DNA of 64,000 nucleotides from a virus (Duplodnaviria; Heunggongvirae; Uroviricota; Caudoviricetes): IMG/VR virus record IMGVR_UViG_3300045988_151230; one strand, 5' to 3'. Shown piece by piece: positions 1 to 9,295 of this stretch (position 1 is its first letter; each line of letters starts with the position of its first letter). The notes under the pieces were generated by a model. It saw only the letters and a program-made list of their open reading frames with translations, ran no database searches and was not told where the DNA came from. The position numbers and the translations under genes were made by a program.

Positions 1-310
1 GGTTCTCTTCGCTGTGCGTCGAGTGATAGTTGTCATAGCTGATGTTAAAGCCTGCAAAATCAGTCTGGTGTTCCTGACTCATTTCGCCAATCATCTGTTC
101 CGGTGTGATACCAAGCTGCTGTGCTTTCAGCATGATCGGTGTGCCGTGGGCATCGTCGGCACAGATGAAATTAACCTCGTGGCCGCGCATTCGCTGGTAA
201 CGAACCCAGACATCAGCCTGGATGTGCTCCAGCATATGGCCGAGGTGGATTGAGCCGTTAGCGTACGGCAGCGCGCACGTCACCAGAATTTTCTTCGCGA
301 CTTGGGTCAT
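1..310 (-). CDS. metG: methionyl-tRNA synthetase, N-terminal part (gene continues beyond window start)
   Basis: Reverse complement of 1-310 translates [46 protein letters not shown]...; class I aaRS HLGH motif; start codon at 310-308. Confidence 0.85.
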
Positions 311-467
311 AGTAGGCATTACTTCTTTGTAGTGAAAAGGGGCTTGATAGTAACAAAATGGCCTTATGTCTGCCATGTGATAACAGCATTTCTCATAAAT
401 GATTAAATGTCGTAGCTGGAGTACACTACAAGGCGACAATTGCGCAAATTAAAATAAAGGAGACGGG

Positions 468-1568
468 ATGAGCGAGTCCAAATCGCCGGATGCCCTGAGA
501 GCAATGGTAGCCGGTACGCTGGCTAATTTTCAGCACCCAACCCTGAAACACAACCTGACTACGCTTAAAGCGTTACACCATGTTGCGTTGATGGATGACA
601 CACTGCATGTCGAACTAATCATGCCTTTCGTGTGGAATAAGCCTTTTGAAGACCTGAAAGAGCAATGTAGTGGTGATCTGCTCCGTATCACTAGCGCAAA
701 GGCTATTGACTGGAAGCTGTCGTACAACATTGCCACGCTTAAGCGCGTCAAAAACCAACCAGGCATTAATGGCGTTAAGAACATTATCGCCGTCAGCTCA
801 GGCAAGGGCGGCGTGGGTAAATCCTCCACGGCGGTAAACCTGGCACTGGCGTTGGCTGCTGAAGGTGCGAAAGTTGGTATTTTGGATGCCGATATCTATG
901 GTCCATCAATTCCAACCATGCTGGGCGCGGAAAACCAACGTCCAACCTCACCTGACGGTACTCACATGGCACCTATCATGTCTCATGGCCTGGCAACCAA
1001 CTCTATTGGTTATCTGGTCACCGACGACAATGCAATGGTGTGGCGTGGACCGATGGCCAGCAAGGCGCTGATGCAGATGTTGCAGGAAACTCTATGGCCT
1101 GATCTGGACTATCTTGTTCTCGATATGCCGCCGGGCACTGGTGATATTCAGTTGACGCTGGCGCAGAACATTCCTGTAACTGGTGCTGTTGTGGTAACTA
1201 CGCCGCAAGACATCGCGCTGATCGATGCGAAGAAAGGCATTGTGATGTTCGAAAAAGTCGAAGTGCCGGTACTGGGTATCGTCGAAAACATGAGTGTGCA
1301 TATTTGCAGTAACTGCGGTCATCACGAGCCAATTTTTGGCACCGGTGGCGCAGAGAAACTGGCCGAGAAATACAACACGCAGTTGTTAGGCCAAATGCCA
1401 CTTCATATCTCACTTCGTGAAGATCTGGATAACGGAACACCAACCGTTATTAGTCGTCCAGATAGCGAATTTACGGCTATTTATCGTGACCTCGCAGATC
1501 GCGTTGCTGCCCAAATGTATTGGCAAGGTGAAGTAATACCTGGCGAAATCGCATTCCGCGCAGTGTGA
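468..1568 (+). CDS. apbC: Mrp/ApbC family Fe-S cluster carrier ATPase
   Basis: 366-aa ORF with Walker A SGKGGVGKSS and C-terminal CSNCGH motif; divergent from metG as in enterobacterial chromosomes. Confidence 0.9.
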   Translation: MSESKSPDALRAMVAGTLANFQHPTLKHNLTTLKALHHVALMDDTLHVELIMPFVWNKPFEDLKEQCSGDLLRITSAKAIDWKLSYNIATLKRVKNQPGINGVKNIIAVSSGKGGVGKSSTAVNLALALAAEGAKVGILDADIYGPSIPTMLGAENQRPTSPDGTHMAPIMSHGLATNSIGYLVTDDNAMVWRGPMASKALMQMLQETLWPDLDYLVLDMPPGTGDIQLTLAQNIPVTGAVVVTTPQDIALIDAKKGIVMFEKVEVPVLGIVENMSVHICSNCGHHEPIFGTGGAEKLAEKYNTQLLGQMPLHISLREDLDNGTPTVISRPDSEFTAIYRDLADRVAAQMYWQGEVIPGEIAFRAV

Positions 1569-1570
1569 TA

Positions 1571-1600
1571 AAAAGGCGGTGCATTGCACCGCCTAATCAG
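1571..1600. terminator. bidirectional intrinsic terminator hairpin (GGCGGTGCA/TGCACCGCC) with A-run on one side and T-run on the complementary strand
   Basis: Perfect 9-bp stem at 1575-1593 directly after the apbC stop and directly after the stop of the convergent minus-strand ORF. Confidence 0.5.
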
Positions 1601-1605
1601 TTCTC

Positions 1606-1995
1606 CTACATCACGGGACAATCATCAAACTCGCCACTTCTTGCGTCGTTGATAATGTGAGTGATCACACCAAACACGGCATTGCTGCCCGTGCATCCAT
1701 CGTCATCCTTTGGCAATGCTTCCTTCTTACCGGTTCTTAAATCCTCCAGATGCTGACGTGGGTACTTCCGGTATCTTTTTACGCGATATTCCCCATCCAG
1801 AGCGCATACAAGCAGAGAACCATCAACCGGGGTAAGTGAGGAATCGACCACCAGCAATGCACCCTGTAATATTCCCTCACGATGATGACTATCAGCTGCC
1901 CTCATGAAGTAGGTCGCTGAAGGATGTCTAATTATCTGCTGATCAAGAGAAATACGGCTCTCAGCATAATCCGCCGCAGGAGAAGGGAAGCCCAT
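1606..1995 (-). CDS. UmuD'-like (HumD-like) S24-family protein that starts at the position of the UmuD self-cleavage product
   Basis: N-terminus MGFPSPAADY aligns with UmuD from G25 onward; conserved Ser (ADSH) and Lys (RVKR) positions; C-terminal FGVITHIIN resembles UmuD FGVVIHVVK; AAGAGG RBS 8 nt upstream; no umuC partner nearby. Confidence 0.65.
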   Translation of the reverse strand: MGFPSPAADYAESRISLDQQIIRHPSATYFMRAADSHHREGILQGALLVVDSSLTPVDGSLLVCALDGEYRVKRYRKYPRQHLEDLRTGKKEALPKDDDGCTGSNAVFGVITHIINDARSGEFDDCPVM

Positions 1996-2011
1996 AATAC
2001 TCGCCTCTTAA

Positions 2012-2031
2012 TACTGTATACACATACAGTG
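2012..2031. promoter_or_regulatory. LexA (SOS) box TACTGTATACACATACAGTG
   Basis: CTGT-N8-ACAG palindrome 17 bp upstream of the UmuD'-like start codon. Confidence 0.6.
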
Positions 2032-2325
2032 TATATTGAAGCTATATATTTTTGAACTCTATCTCTTAAAAAAGATGTTAATAAGATGCTAACTATTGAA
2101 AGGCATAAATATATACAATTCAAACAAACGTTATTTTTAACAAATTTTTTCTTCCCATTGACTTTTTCGAACGCCTTGTCCGGTCTAAAGTGCGCAGAAG
2201 TCACTTTTTCCTTCCTGAGTTATCCACAGGCTTATGCACTTGCATGAAAAATCTATTCACACTATCTTAATTCGCAAGACACTGATGTTGCAGTATTGAG
2301 GGTATGTTGGGTTAAAAATAGACAT

Positions 2326-2357
2326 TAAAAAGCCCAGTTGACTAGGCTGGGCTTTTT
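2326..2357. terminator. bidirectional intrinsic terminator (AAAAA-GCCCAG...CTGGGC-TTTTT)
   Basis: 6-bp GC stem flanked by A5 and T5 runs in an AT-rich ORF-free region. Confidence 0.45.
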
Positions 2358-2390
2358 AAAAGGAAACAGAGTTTGCGGCTCTGTTCCTGA

Positions 2391-2414
2391 GCCATAAGTA
2401 TCTGGCGACTGAAT
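2391..2414. repeat. direct repeat copy 1 (core TAAGTATCTGGCGACT)
   Basis: 16-bp core identical to the copy at 2570-2585. Confidence 0.4.
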
Positions 2415-2565
2415 TAAGATTAACCGAATGTACTGGATTCATCAAGAAACGTTGAGTGGTCATACTAGGTAATAATGACCATTTACTAAACATCGTTGTT
2501 CTCAAAGAAGATTTAAGTCCAGGTTTTTGGTGACTCTAAAACCTTACCTTAACTCGAAATCGTGC

Positions 2566-2589
2566 CGTAAGTATCTGGCGACTACAGAT
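2566..2589. repeat. direct repeat copy 2 (core TAAGTATCTGGCGACT)
   Basis: Second copy, about 70 bp upstream of the small hydrophobic ORF. Confidence 0.4.
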
Positions 2590-2657
2590 ATTGCAACTGC
2601 AAAGGCAAGCCCAAAGGTATTTGCAGCTAGGCGCGATAAAACTAAGTGAGGCCTGTT

Positions 2658-2741
2658 ATGGTTAACTTACTGTTCAAAATCGTGCCGCCGATGTTCGCGA
2701 TTATCAAAGCGATCATTGAGTACGTAAACCAGCGTCCATAA
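2658..2741 (+). CDS. small hydrophobic peptide, 27 aa (MVNLLFKIVPPMFAIIKAIIEYVNQRP)
   Basis: ATG with GAGG 7 nt upstream; followed by a hairpin at 2755-2779; below the ORF-track length cutoff. Confidence 0.3.
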   Translation: MVNLLFKIVPPMFAIIKAIIEYVNQRP

Positions 2742-2754
2742 CGCTAGTTGCTAC

Positions 2755-2779
2755 AGGCCCCATCAAGAGCATGGGGCCT
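2755..2779. terminator. hairpin AGGCCCCA...TGGGGCCT followed by a T-rich tract
   Basis: 8-bp perfect stem immediately after the small ORF stop. Confidence 0.35.
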
Positions 2780-2796
2780 CTTTATCGTACTATTGC

Positions 2797-3423
2797 TTAT
2801 TTTTTACGGACTGAGTTGTTCACTGCTCTGGCAATCTTCTCCCGCAATTGCTGCGCTCCGTGGTACTGAACCGCAATATCCCGCAACTCGTTCACCAGTT
2901 CTCTAATCTGGTGATCTTTAAGCTCATTATTTGGGTGATGGGTAACAACTCTGGTTAATTCACCCTTGTCTTTTGCTCTTACGTATGCAGCTCTTGTGCA
3001 TTCGACCCATGTATTACCGCCTACATTAACTTCGTAGATTAGGCTGGACTTATCTGTCAATTCGGAACAAATACGGGCCGTGGTCTGGCAACTAGAGCAT
3101 TCGCAGTTATCGCGGAAACCGTGATCTACCGGTCGAGAAAGAGGTTTAACTTTTTCATCCAACTTCATCACAGCATCGTGATAAGCGTTCCAGCCGTCAT
3201 CTTTACCAAGTTGATAAATCTCTGAAGGCTCCATGTAGTCTATATCGCAACCTTCTTCATCCGATCTATCTGGTCGCTTCCCTGGTAATCGCTCATAAAA
3301 ACGATTTCTGTCTCGACGTTCGGCTCTCAGTGCTAACGCAAGAAGTTGCTCAAGCGAGGTATTTGCACCAGCAATAATTTCATTGAGAATATCTTCTGTG
3401 AGATCTTTCGCTACCGTGCTCAT
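2797..3423 (-). CDS. hypothetical protein, Cys-rich (CECSSCQ...C)
   Basis: 208-aa ORF, first of a long co-directional minus-strand gene array. Confidence 0.5.
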   Translation of the reverse strand: MSTVAKDLTEDILNEIIAGANTSLEQLLALALRAERRDRNRFYERLPGKRPDRSDEEGCDIDYMEPSEIYQLGKDDGWNAYHDAVMKLDEKVKPLSRPVDHGFRDNCECSSCQTTARICSELTDKSSLIYEVNVGGNTWVECTRAAYVRAKDKGELTRVVTHHPNNELKDHQIRELVNELRDIAVQYHGAQQLREKIARAVNNSVRKK

Positions 3424-3803
3424 TTATCTCTCTCAGTATGTTGCGATGGCGTAAATTTGACGACATCAAATATTTTGGATGGCATCAACTTTATCCGCGA
3501 GCTTAGTTCGGCTCTTCTCTGTAATGCGGTTAATAATGTTTTCGTTCTGACGCCTTCGTGTATCCTCATCCCTGGCACAAGAACTACATCGCAGGGGAGA
3601 TGCTCAGGTGACAAATCATTTTGGGCATCGCTAATCAGTCGTGTAATCTCTCTTTCAAGCCGACCGCCTAGCTCTGTTTTAGTGCAATGTTCTGACCAAT
3701 CGCCAGCCTCAAGCAGCGCGAGAATGCTTAAAATATCGTCCAATAGATCAGTGGTATTATCGACTTCCTTCTGAAGCTCACCGGCTACTGATTTATGCAT
3801 CAT
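3420..3803 (-). CDS. hypothetical protein
   Basis: 127-aa ORF; stop overlaps the next start. Confidence 0.45.
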   Translation of the reverse strand: MMHKSVAGELQKEVDNTTDLLDDILSILALLEAGDWSEHCTKTELGGRLEREITRLISDAQNDLSPEHLPCDVVLVPGMRIHEGVRTKTLLTALQRRAELSSRIKLMPSKIFDVVKFTPSQHTERDK

Positions 3804-4021
3804 TCGTCATCCTCATCCGAGTCATCCTCATCACAGAATGAAAGTAGTGGGTTAGTCATTCGCCCTACCTGAGTAGCGTAGCCACGCCGACAGAGATTGC
3901 GCAGCACACTGTATATTTCGAACATCTCGGTTCGTTCACCGCCAACATCAAGCTCAGATGCTATAGCGTGACATTCAGTCGCGAGAGCCGATATTTTCTG
4001 AAATAACTCTGCTTTATTCAC
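3800..4021 (-). CDS. hypothetical small protein with acidic C-terminal tail (DEDDSDEDDE)
   Basis: 73-aa ORF in an overlapping-stop/start chain. Confidence 0.4.
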   Translation of the reverse strand: MNKAELFQKISALATECHAIASELDVGGERTEMFEIYSVLRNLCRRGYATQVGRMTNPLLSFCDEDDSDEDDE

Positions 4022-4718
4022 TCTGCGACTCCTGCGGAGGTTCTGGTAGCGGCATCCAATGGGTTACGTTGCTAATCAGTCCATATTCATTAGTTTGAGG
4101 ATGGCCGCCGCGATCGTCTCCGTATTTAAAACTTTCCATAAAACCATAATGCTTACCCCCATTAACGCTCACAAAGCCGTAATAAGCTGGTATAACGCCG
4201 ATCTCACACGTAATCAGCAAAGGAAAACCAGTTCTCCAATTTAGCTCGCCGATTACAGGCATTCGCTCACTACAGCTTATCCAGCTATCCTTAATGCCAC
4301 TATCTTGACTCTGAAGCATGGCGGCACGACAGGCGTTCCAGCCTCTCACCTCTGCAATAGCGGCAACAGCATCGACCGCGTACATTTTAAGAGGGTTAGG
4401 CATTGGTTTTTCTTCAGGTACTACTGGAATGGGTGGGGCGGCGTAGACCTCAATAATTCCATTATCAATAGGCCATTCTCCATCCTTGAGGTAGTCACTT
4501 GTGCCGTCAACTTGCTGTTCTGCAATGTGGAATGCACCTATTGGTTTTGCCTCAATCGAGGCCAGTGCAATTCGTGCCAGTTCTAGATCTCGTTCAACCA
4601 TCTCAAGAACAACTTTGCAGTCCGCACCTTCTTTGCTAACACGTCCTTTCAAGTTTCCCAGATAACTAACGCTTTCGCGTGCATGGGAGATTAACTGTTC
4701 TTTGGTAAAGGTGGTCAT
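4014..4718 (-). CDS. hypothetical protein; C-terminal region with WISCSERMP motif resembles phage DUF551-type domains
   Basis: 234-aa ORF; the domain match is from memory only. Confidence 0.45.
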   Translation of the reverse strand: MTTFTKEQLISHARESVSYLGNLKGRVSKEGADCKVVLEMVERDLELARIALASIEAKPIGAFHIAEQQVDGTSDYLKDGEWPIDNGIIEVYAAPPIPVVPEEKPMPNPLKMYAVDAVAAIAEVRGWNACRAAMLQSQDSGIKDSWISCSERMPVIGELNWRTGFPLLITCEIGVIPAYYGFVSVNGGKHYGFMESFKYGDDRGGHPQTNEYGLISNVTHWMPLPEPPQESQSE

Positions 4719-4939
4719 TAGGCAGCTCTCTCAACAACAAGCAATTCGTCGTAGTCATAATCCGTTTCGGAACCATCCGTACCGAACAGAGTCACTTTGT
4801 CACCTTCCATCCAGAAAGATTTAACCGCACATCGTTTGCCTTTAGATGTTATGACCACATCACCTGGGATTACATCTTCAGCGCGAACTTCTACTGTTCT
4901 CATCATGCTAACCCTCTTTGGTGAAAACGCCTGATGCAA
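4718..4939 (-). CDS. hypothetical small protein
   Basis: 73-aa ORF, coupled to its neighbours. Confidence 0.4.
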   Translation of the reverse strand: MHQAFSPKRVSMMRTVEVRAEDVIPGDVVITSKGKRCAVKSFWMEGDKVTLFGTDGSETDYDYDELLVVERAA

Positions 4940-5321
4940 TACTGTTTATGATGCTGTCAGTACAGGGAGTAGAAAGCTGGTCATCTCCAGCTATTTTCAT
5001 GACTTCGACATCCGCATATCGAATACCGAGGTGTATCAGACCTGCTATACCTGACTTAAGTCGAACATTTTCCATAAACAGATCCTTTTCCCGCTGTTTA
5101 ACGGTCTCCAGCTCAACACGCAACTTCTCAATTTCGGCAGCCATGTAGTAACCAACCATAGCGAATACGGCAAAAGAGTTGTCTGCCTCATCAGGCGACA
5201 CTGAGGCCATTAGCAGACCATCGTAATAATCGTGACTCCCATTGGTGATCGCCACCGCATAGGAGTCGTGGTTCTCACGCTTGTGAATGAGAACTACGGG
5301 GTTTTCGATTTTGTTACTCAT
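4908..5321 (-). CDS. hypothetical protein
   Basis: 137-aa ORF preceded by the recurring leader ...AAAGAGAAAAACACATG. Confidence 0.45.
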   Translation of the reverse strand: MSNKIENPVVLIHKRENHDSYAVAITNGSHDYYDGLLMASVSPDEADNSFAVFAMVGYYMAAEIEKLRVELETVKQREKDLFMENVRLKSGIAGLIHLGIRYADVEVMKIAGDDQLSTPCTDSIINSIASGVFTKEG

Positions 5322-5459
5322 GTGTTTTTCTCTTCTTTGCTGTTACATAAGCACTACCAAGTGCTGGTTTATTTTCACAAATAAGAAAAGGTAGAAAACA
5401 ATTTATTTAAGGCCACAACTTATGGCCTTTATTTATTCATGCCGAAGGATTTGTAGCGT

Positions 5460-5840
5460 CTAATTGCCGGATAAAATGGGGTGAGGTGCTTGCCAGTAGG
5501 CTCCACCGGTCCATGTGAACCCCATGCGAATAAGAGTGTTTATTGCGGCTTTGGTAGACTCCGATTCGACACTGGCTTTTCGAAACTCTTGAACCTCTTT
5601 CGCCAACCTGTATGTAATTGTGCAGGGGACGATTGCAGCCCAGCCTTTCTCATGACTGTTAATGACCATCTGGATGTGACCATCCAGAATAGGTTGATTA
5701 GGCATGTTATTGAAAACGTCTGCCTGTTTTTGAATGTGAATAAAAAGCCTTGCCAGCTCCATTTGCTCACTACGAGACAAGGGATTATCAAGAGGGCTTT
5801 TTGCAAAAGCGGCTATACGCTGTGCGTCAATGCCAAACAT
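5460..5840 (-). CDS. hypothetical protein
   Basis: 126-aa ORF. Confidence 0.45.
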   Translation of the reverse strand: MFGIDAQRIAAFAKSPLDNPLSRSEQMELARLFIHIQKQADVFNNMPNQPILDGHIQMVINSHEKGWAAIVPCTITYRLAKEVQEFRKASVESESTKAAINTLIRMGFTWTGGAYWQAPHPILSGN

Positions 5841-6544
5841 CAGCGCACCTCACCATCTTTATGGCTGGAGTTAACTTCCGCCATTAAATGTCTGACGTAA
5901 TCGACAAGAGAGCCACCTGGTGGAATATGGCATTCCTCAACTAACTGGAAGTAGATATCCGCTGCATTACGTGTATTGCTACCCGCACATATTCTTTCTT
6001 CCCGAAGTGCATGAAGCTCGTTGATCAAACGGTCACACTCTCCGTTACGCTGATCCACAACGGCCTCAAGCTCTGCGACGCGTTCACCTGGCGTCTTACC
6101 TTCTTTGCGTTGGATGGTAACGACGAAATCGCCAATTGCAGGGACGTTGTAATCCAGCTCAAGGTAGTTTTTGGCACCGCTGCGGACGAACTCACCCGCG
6201 AACATGGTGGCGAACATCGCAGAGGCCACTTCGCCGTTGAAAAGTGACTCCAGATCTAACGGAGTCCCGGCATCAAGAGCCTCTTTTGCTGTATCCATTG
6301 CATCCATGAACCGATCAAACTCATTGGCGCGCTTTTCCAGGTTTTTCCATTGCTCGCTCCAACGTTTGGCAACGAAGTCTATGAATGTTTTCGCGGATTC
6401 ATCAAAATTCCCCTCAAACTTAACGATGCCTTTATCAATAATGATCTGGCCTACCGCATCCTCTGCATAACCTTTCAATGTAAACTTGAAAGGAAAATCG
6501 GAATGGCCTGTGACGTTAAAATGCTCTAACTGGAGGTTGCTCAT
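5840..6544 (-). CDS. hypothetical protein
   Basis: 234-aa ORF; stop/start overlap with the downstream ORF; recurring leader upstream. Confidence 0.5.
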   Translation of the reverse strand: MSNLQLEHFNVTGHSDFPFKFTLKGYAEDAVGQIIIDKGIVKFEGNFDESAKTFIDFVAKRWSEQWKNLEKRANEFDRFMDAMDTAKEALDAGTPLDLESLFNGEVASAMFATMFAGEFVRSGAKNYLELDYNVPAIGDFVVTIQRKEGKTPGERVAELEAVVDQRNGECDRLINELHALREERICAGSNTRNAADIYFQLVEECHIPPGGSLVDYVRHLMAEVNSSHKDGEVR

Positions 6545-6604
6545 GTGTTTTCTCTTATCGTTTAGTTACTACATTCTTACATAAAATAAGTAGGTATTTA
6601 CCTA

Positions 6605-8290
6605 TCATTTAACGCGTTTGAAAACGTATACGCTGACTGTGATCCCTGTGTCTTCAAACTCGTTGGTAAACGACTTCCCTCTGGCATAAACGTAATTATC
6701 CATCGTCATCCAGTCCAGTATTGGCGCAGTGCCCGGCAATACTGCTACAAGACGCCCGCCGACTTTCAGATGCCCCAGCGCAGCCAGCGTGTGCTCTCTA
6801 TGACGACCAAGCGAGTACGGCGGGTTCATAACGATTTTGTCGAACTGATAACCTACGTTGTCCTCAGACCACTTTATGAAGTCGCAGCAAATCGTGTTCG
6901 TATACCCTTTTCCGCGCAGGATATCAGCGAAGAGAGGTGCGATTTCTATGCAGGTAACATCTTCCAGATCGGCGTTGATATAGGCCAGAAGATCCCCACG
7001 TCCGGCTTGAGGCTCCAGCAGCTTCTCACCAGACTTCAATTCAGTGGCTCTGGCAACGTACTCAGCAATCAAGCGTGGGGTAGGGTAGAACTGGTGTGAT
7101 TTTGTATCCGGTATTAATCCGGTAGCCACAATCGTATTTAGCGTATGGCCGATCTCATACGGGAACTGCCAGTGTTTTTTCTCCTGCACGCCGCCAATGA
7201 AGCTCAGTGTGCGCTCAAGCTCTTCCACCTGCGACTTCTGGAGAGCTGAATCAGAGAAGTACCATACGCCTTTGTCTTTGCTCAATCGCCCGTCACGAAG
7301 CGCAGTGCGAACCGGCACGGAGATCGTCTTCTGGATTAACCCGAACTGCTTTGGTGCCCGTGTTTTTGGTGCGGTGCGACATGGCGCGGGGATTGCAGCA
7401 GGCATACTGTAAGCCAGCACCTCATTCAACTTCCAGGCCACGTCAGGATGTATTTCAAAGTGAACGTTGCCGTTCTTGAACATCTTCACGCGCATCAGAT
7501 TTCCATCGACGTTCATCCAGTCACCGGTCTGGCAGTCGTTTGCCCGATACGCAGCTGATAGCACCTCAGCAGTGCGATTGATGGTAATAAATTCTTTGTG
7601 CGCGAAGAAATGAAGCAAGACACGCAGATCGTCGATGTAGTCCTCTTTGCGATAGTTCACGCTAACGCTGTCCCGCCAGAAATCAGAAATGCAGTCAGCG
7701 ATTATCAGCCGCTCGCTGAAACCGTTTGTCTTATTTGTCTTGTGCGCAGGACTCAGCGCCTTAAACAAGCCATACACGCGCTCAGAGAGATATTTGTGCC
7801 TGTCATTCAGCAAATTAAGCATCGTGGGTATGACCGTTTCTGCTTTGAACTCCGGTACACCAACGAACTCTTTAACCTTCATCTGGTAGCCGGTTCTGTC
7901 AGTTTTGATGACTTCCTGTTTGCCCTCTATAAACTGCTCGCGCCACTCATCTCGACGGGAAGCTGGCATGATCAGCAAAACGTTAGTCATGTCCGTGACC
8001 TTCCTCCAGTACTCGGCCCAAATATTCTGTTTCACCCATTCCAGATCGACTTTATCCAACCAACCTCGATTTAAACGCGAGCGATCTTCATCTGGTCGAT
8101 GGTTTAGTCTCAGCAGGCGATTAATCATGTTGTGGCGTTCGTCGCCATAAACGAAGTCGTGTACCTGATACATGAAGGCGATCTCTTTCTCGCACTCGGC
8201 CACGATTTCGTGGATGACATTCATTTCCTGACGATAGTCGATAGCCGTGTTTGAGCTGGCATCGTCGATGATGGAAAGGGCTGTATTCAT
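6605..8290 (-). CDS. N6-adenine DNA methyltransferase with a roughly 390-aa N-terminal domain of unknown function
   Basis: C-terminal motifs QFYPTP, LEPQAGRGDL (motif I) and VMNPPYS (motif IV). Confidence 0.65.
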   Translation of the reverse strand: MNTALSIIDDASSNTAIDYRQEMNVIHEIVAECEKEIAFMYQVHDFVYGDERHNMINRLLRLNHRPDEDRSRLNRGWLDKVDLEWVKQNIWAEYWRKVTDMTNVLLIMPASRRDEWREQFIEGKQEVIKTDRTGYQMKVKEFVGVPEFKAETVIPTMLNLLNDRHKYLSERVYGLFKALSPAHKTNKTNGFSERLIIADCISDFWRDSVSVNYRKEDYIDDLRVLLHFFAHKEFITINRTAEVLSAAYRANDCQTGDWMNVDGNLMRVKMFKNGNVHFEIHPDVAWKLNEVLAYSMPAAIPAPCRTAPKTRAPKQFGLIQKTISVPVRTALRDGRLSKDKGVWYFSDSALQKSQVEELERTLSFIGGVQEKKHWQFPYEIGHTLNTIVATGLIPDTKSHQFYPTPRLIAEYVARATELKSGEKLLEPQAGRGDLLAYINADLEDVTCIEIAPLFADILRGKGYTNTICCDFIKWSEDNVGYQFDKIVMNPPYSLGRHREHTLAALGHLKVGGRLVAVLPGTAPILDWMTMDNYVYARGKSFTNEFEDTGITVSVYVFKRVK

Positions 8291-8443
8291 AATTACACCA
8301 TTAAATAATTTGTTTTCTGATTGGTGTAATTATCGCAAACTTGAAAAGGCATAAAAGCTGCATTCATAGGCGTTACAGCAGATTTAAGGCGTAAAAATGG
8401 GGGCTGTCGCCCCCTGTCGACTGGTGATGTATTAGAGTGCGTA

Positions 8444-8998
8444 TTACGTTTTGTGCGGCTGCTTATTCAAGTCATGGCGATGCGTGAGCTCCCGCATCAT
8501 GTCTTCAAGGCGACTCTTTGTGTCGTCGAGCTGGTCGGCCATTGCACCTAAAAGCTGGCGAACGGCCATCGGATCGTCGCTGTTTAGTGATGGCATTTTA
8601 GAACCTGCTTTAGAAGACATAAGGTTGATTGCAGACATCAACATCGTTAGAGAGGATTTAAGCCCGGCAATTTCACGATCTTTGCTGGCAATAATCGTCT
8701 CACTTTTGTTACCGTCATCAGTTTCTTGAGTCTCGCTCACCATATCCAAAGTCGCTTGCAACTTATCAGCTCTCTCTTTTTCAGCAAGGTAATGAACACC
8801 GAAATGGTGTGCCAAAGCTACAATCTGAGTTGGCTCTTCAAAGGTGGAATTAAAATTAAGTATTGTAAACAGTCTCTCAAATATGGAAACGTCTTCTATT
8901 CCTCGAAGAATGGCTAACATTTTGACCAGTTCATTAGCATCCATTTCTTCGAATAAGGCGTTTTGTTCATCAGCTATTGCTTTGCATTTCTCGCACAT
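8444..8998 (-). CDS. hypothetical protein
   Basis: 184-aa ORF with the recurring leader and upstream palindrome. Confidence 0.45.
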   Translation of the reverse strand: MCEKCKAIADEQNALFEEMDANELVKMLAILRGIEDVSIFERLFTILNFNSTFEEPTQIVALAHHFGVHYLAEKERADKLQATLDMVSETQETDDGNKSETIIASKDREIAGLKSSLTMLMSAINLMSSKAGSKMPSLNSDDPMAVRQLLGAMADQLDDTKSRLEDMMRELTHRHDLNKQPHKT

Positions 8999-9014
8999 GT
9001 GTTTTCCTTAATGC

Positions 9015-9034
9015 TTAAACAAGTTGTTTTCTTA
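9015..9034. promoter_or_regulatory. recurring near-palindromic motif TTAAACAAGTTGTTTTCTTA
   Basis: 17-36 bp upstream of the start at 8998; one of at least seven similar copies. Confidence 0.45.
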
Positions 9035-9295
9035 TTGGTTTTATTGTGATGTGGCATAAAAGGGGAGCAAGCTAAACGTAAAGGTGCAAACTCTCTATTT
9101 CGGTCAACGAAACACAAGGGCCAAATGGCCCTTGTCATTAACACTTTGCTTTACGAACTAACGGATAAGCGAAGTAGATCGCCAAACCAATGAGGACGCC
9201 ATCAGAAATGACAGACATCATCTTTCCCGTAAAATCCACCAACACCGCCATCACCAGAAGAGCAATGACGATCACAAGCCGGAATCTCTCAAGCA

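Noticed and set aside
14-253. Plus-strand 79-aa ORF at the window start
   Set aside because: It is antisense to the metG coding sequence, whose reverse-complement translation matches MetG residue by residue.
2220-2228. Isolated perfect DnaA box TTATCCACA
   Set aside because: Single 9-mers occur by chance in AT-rich DNA; no iterons, AT-rich unwinding element or second box nearby.
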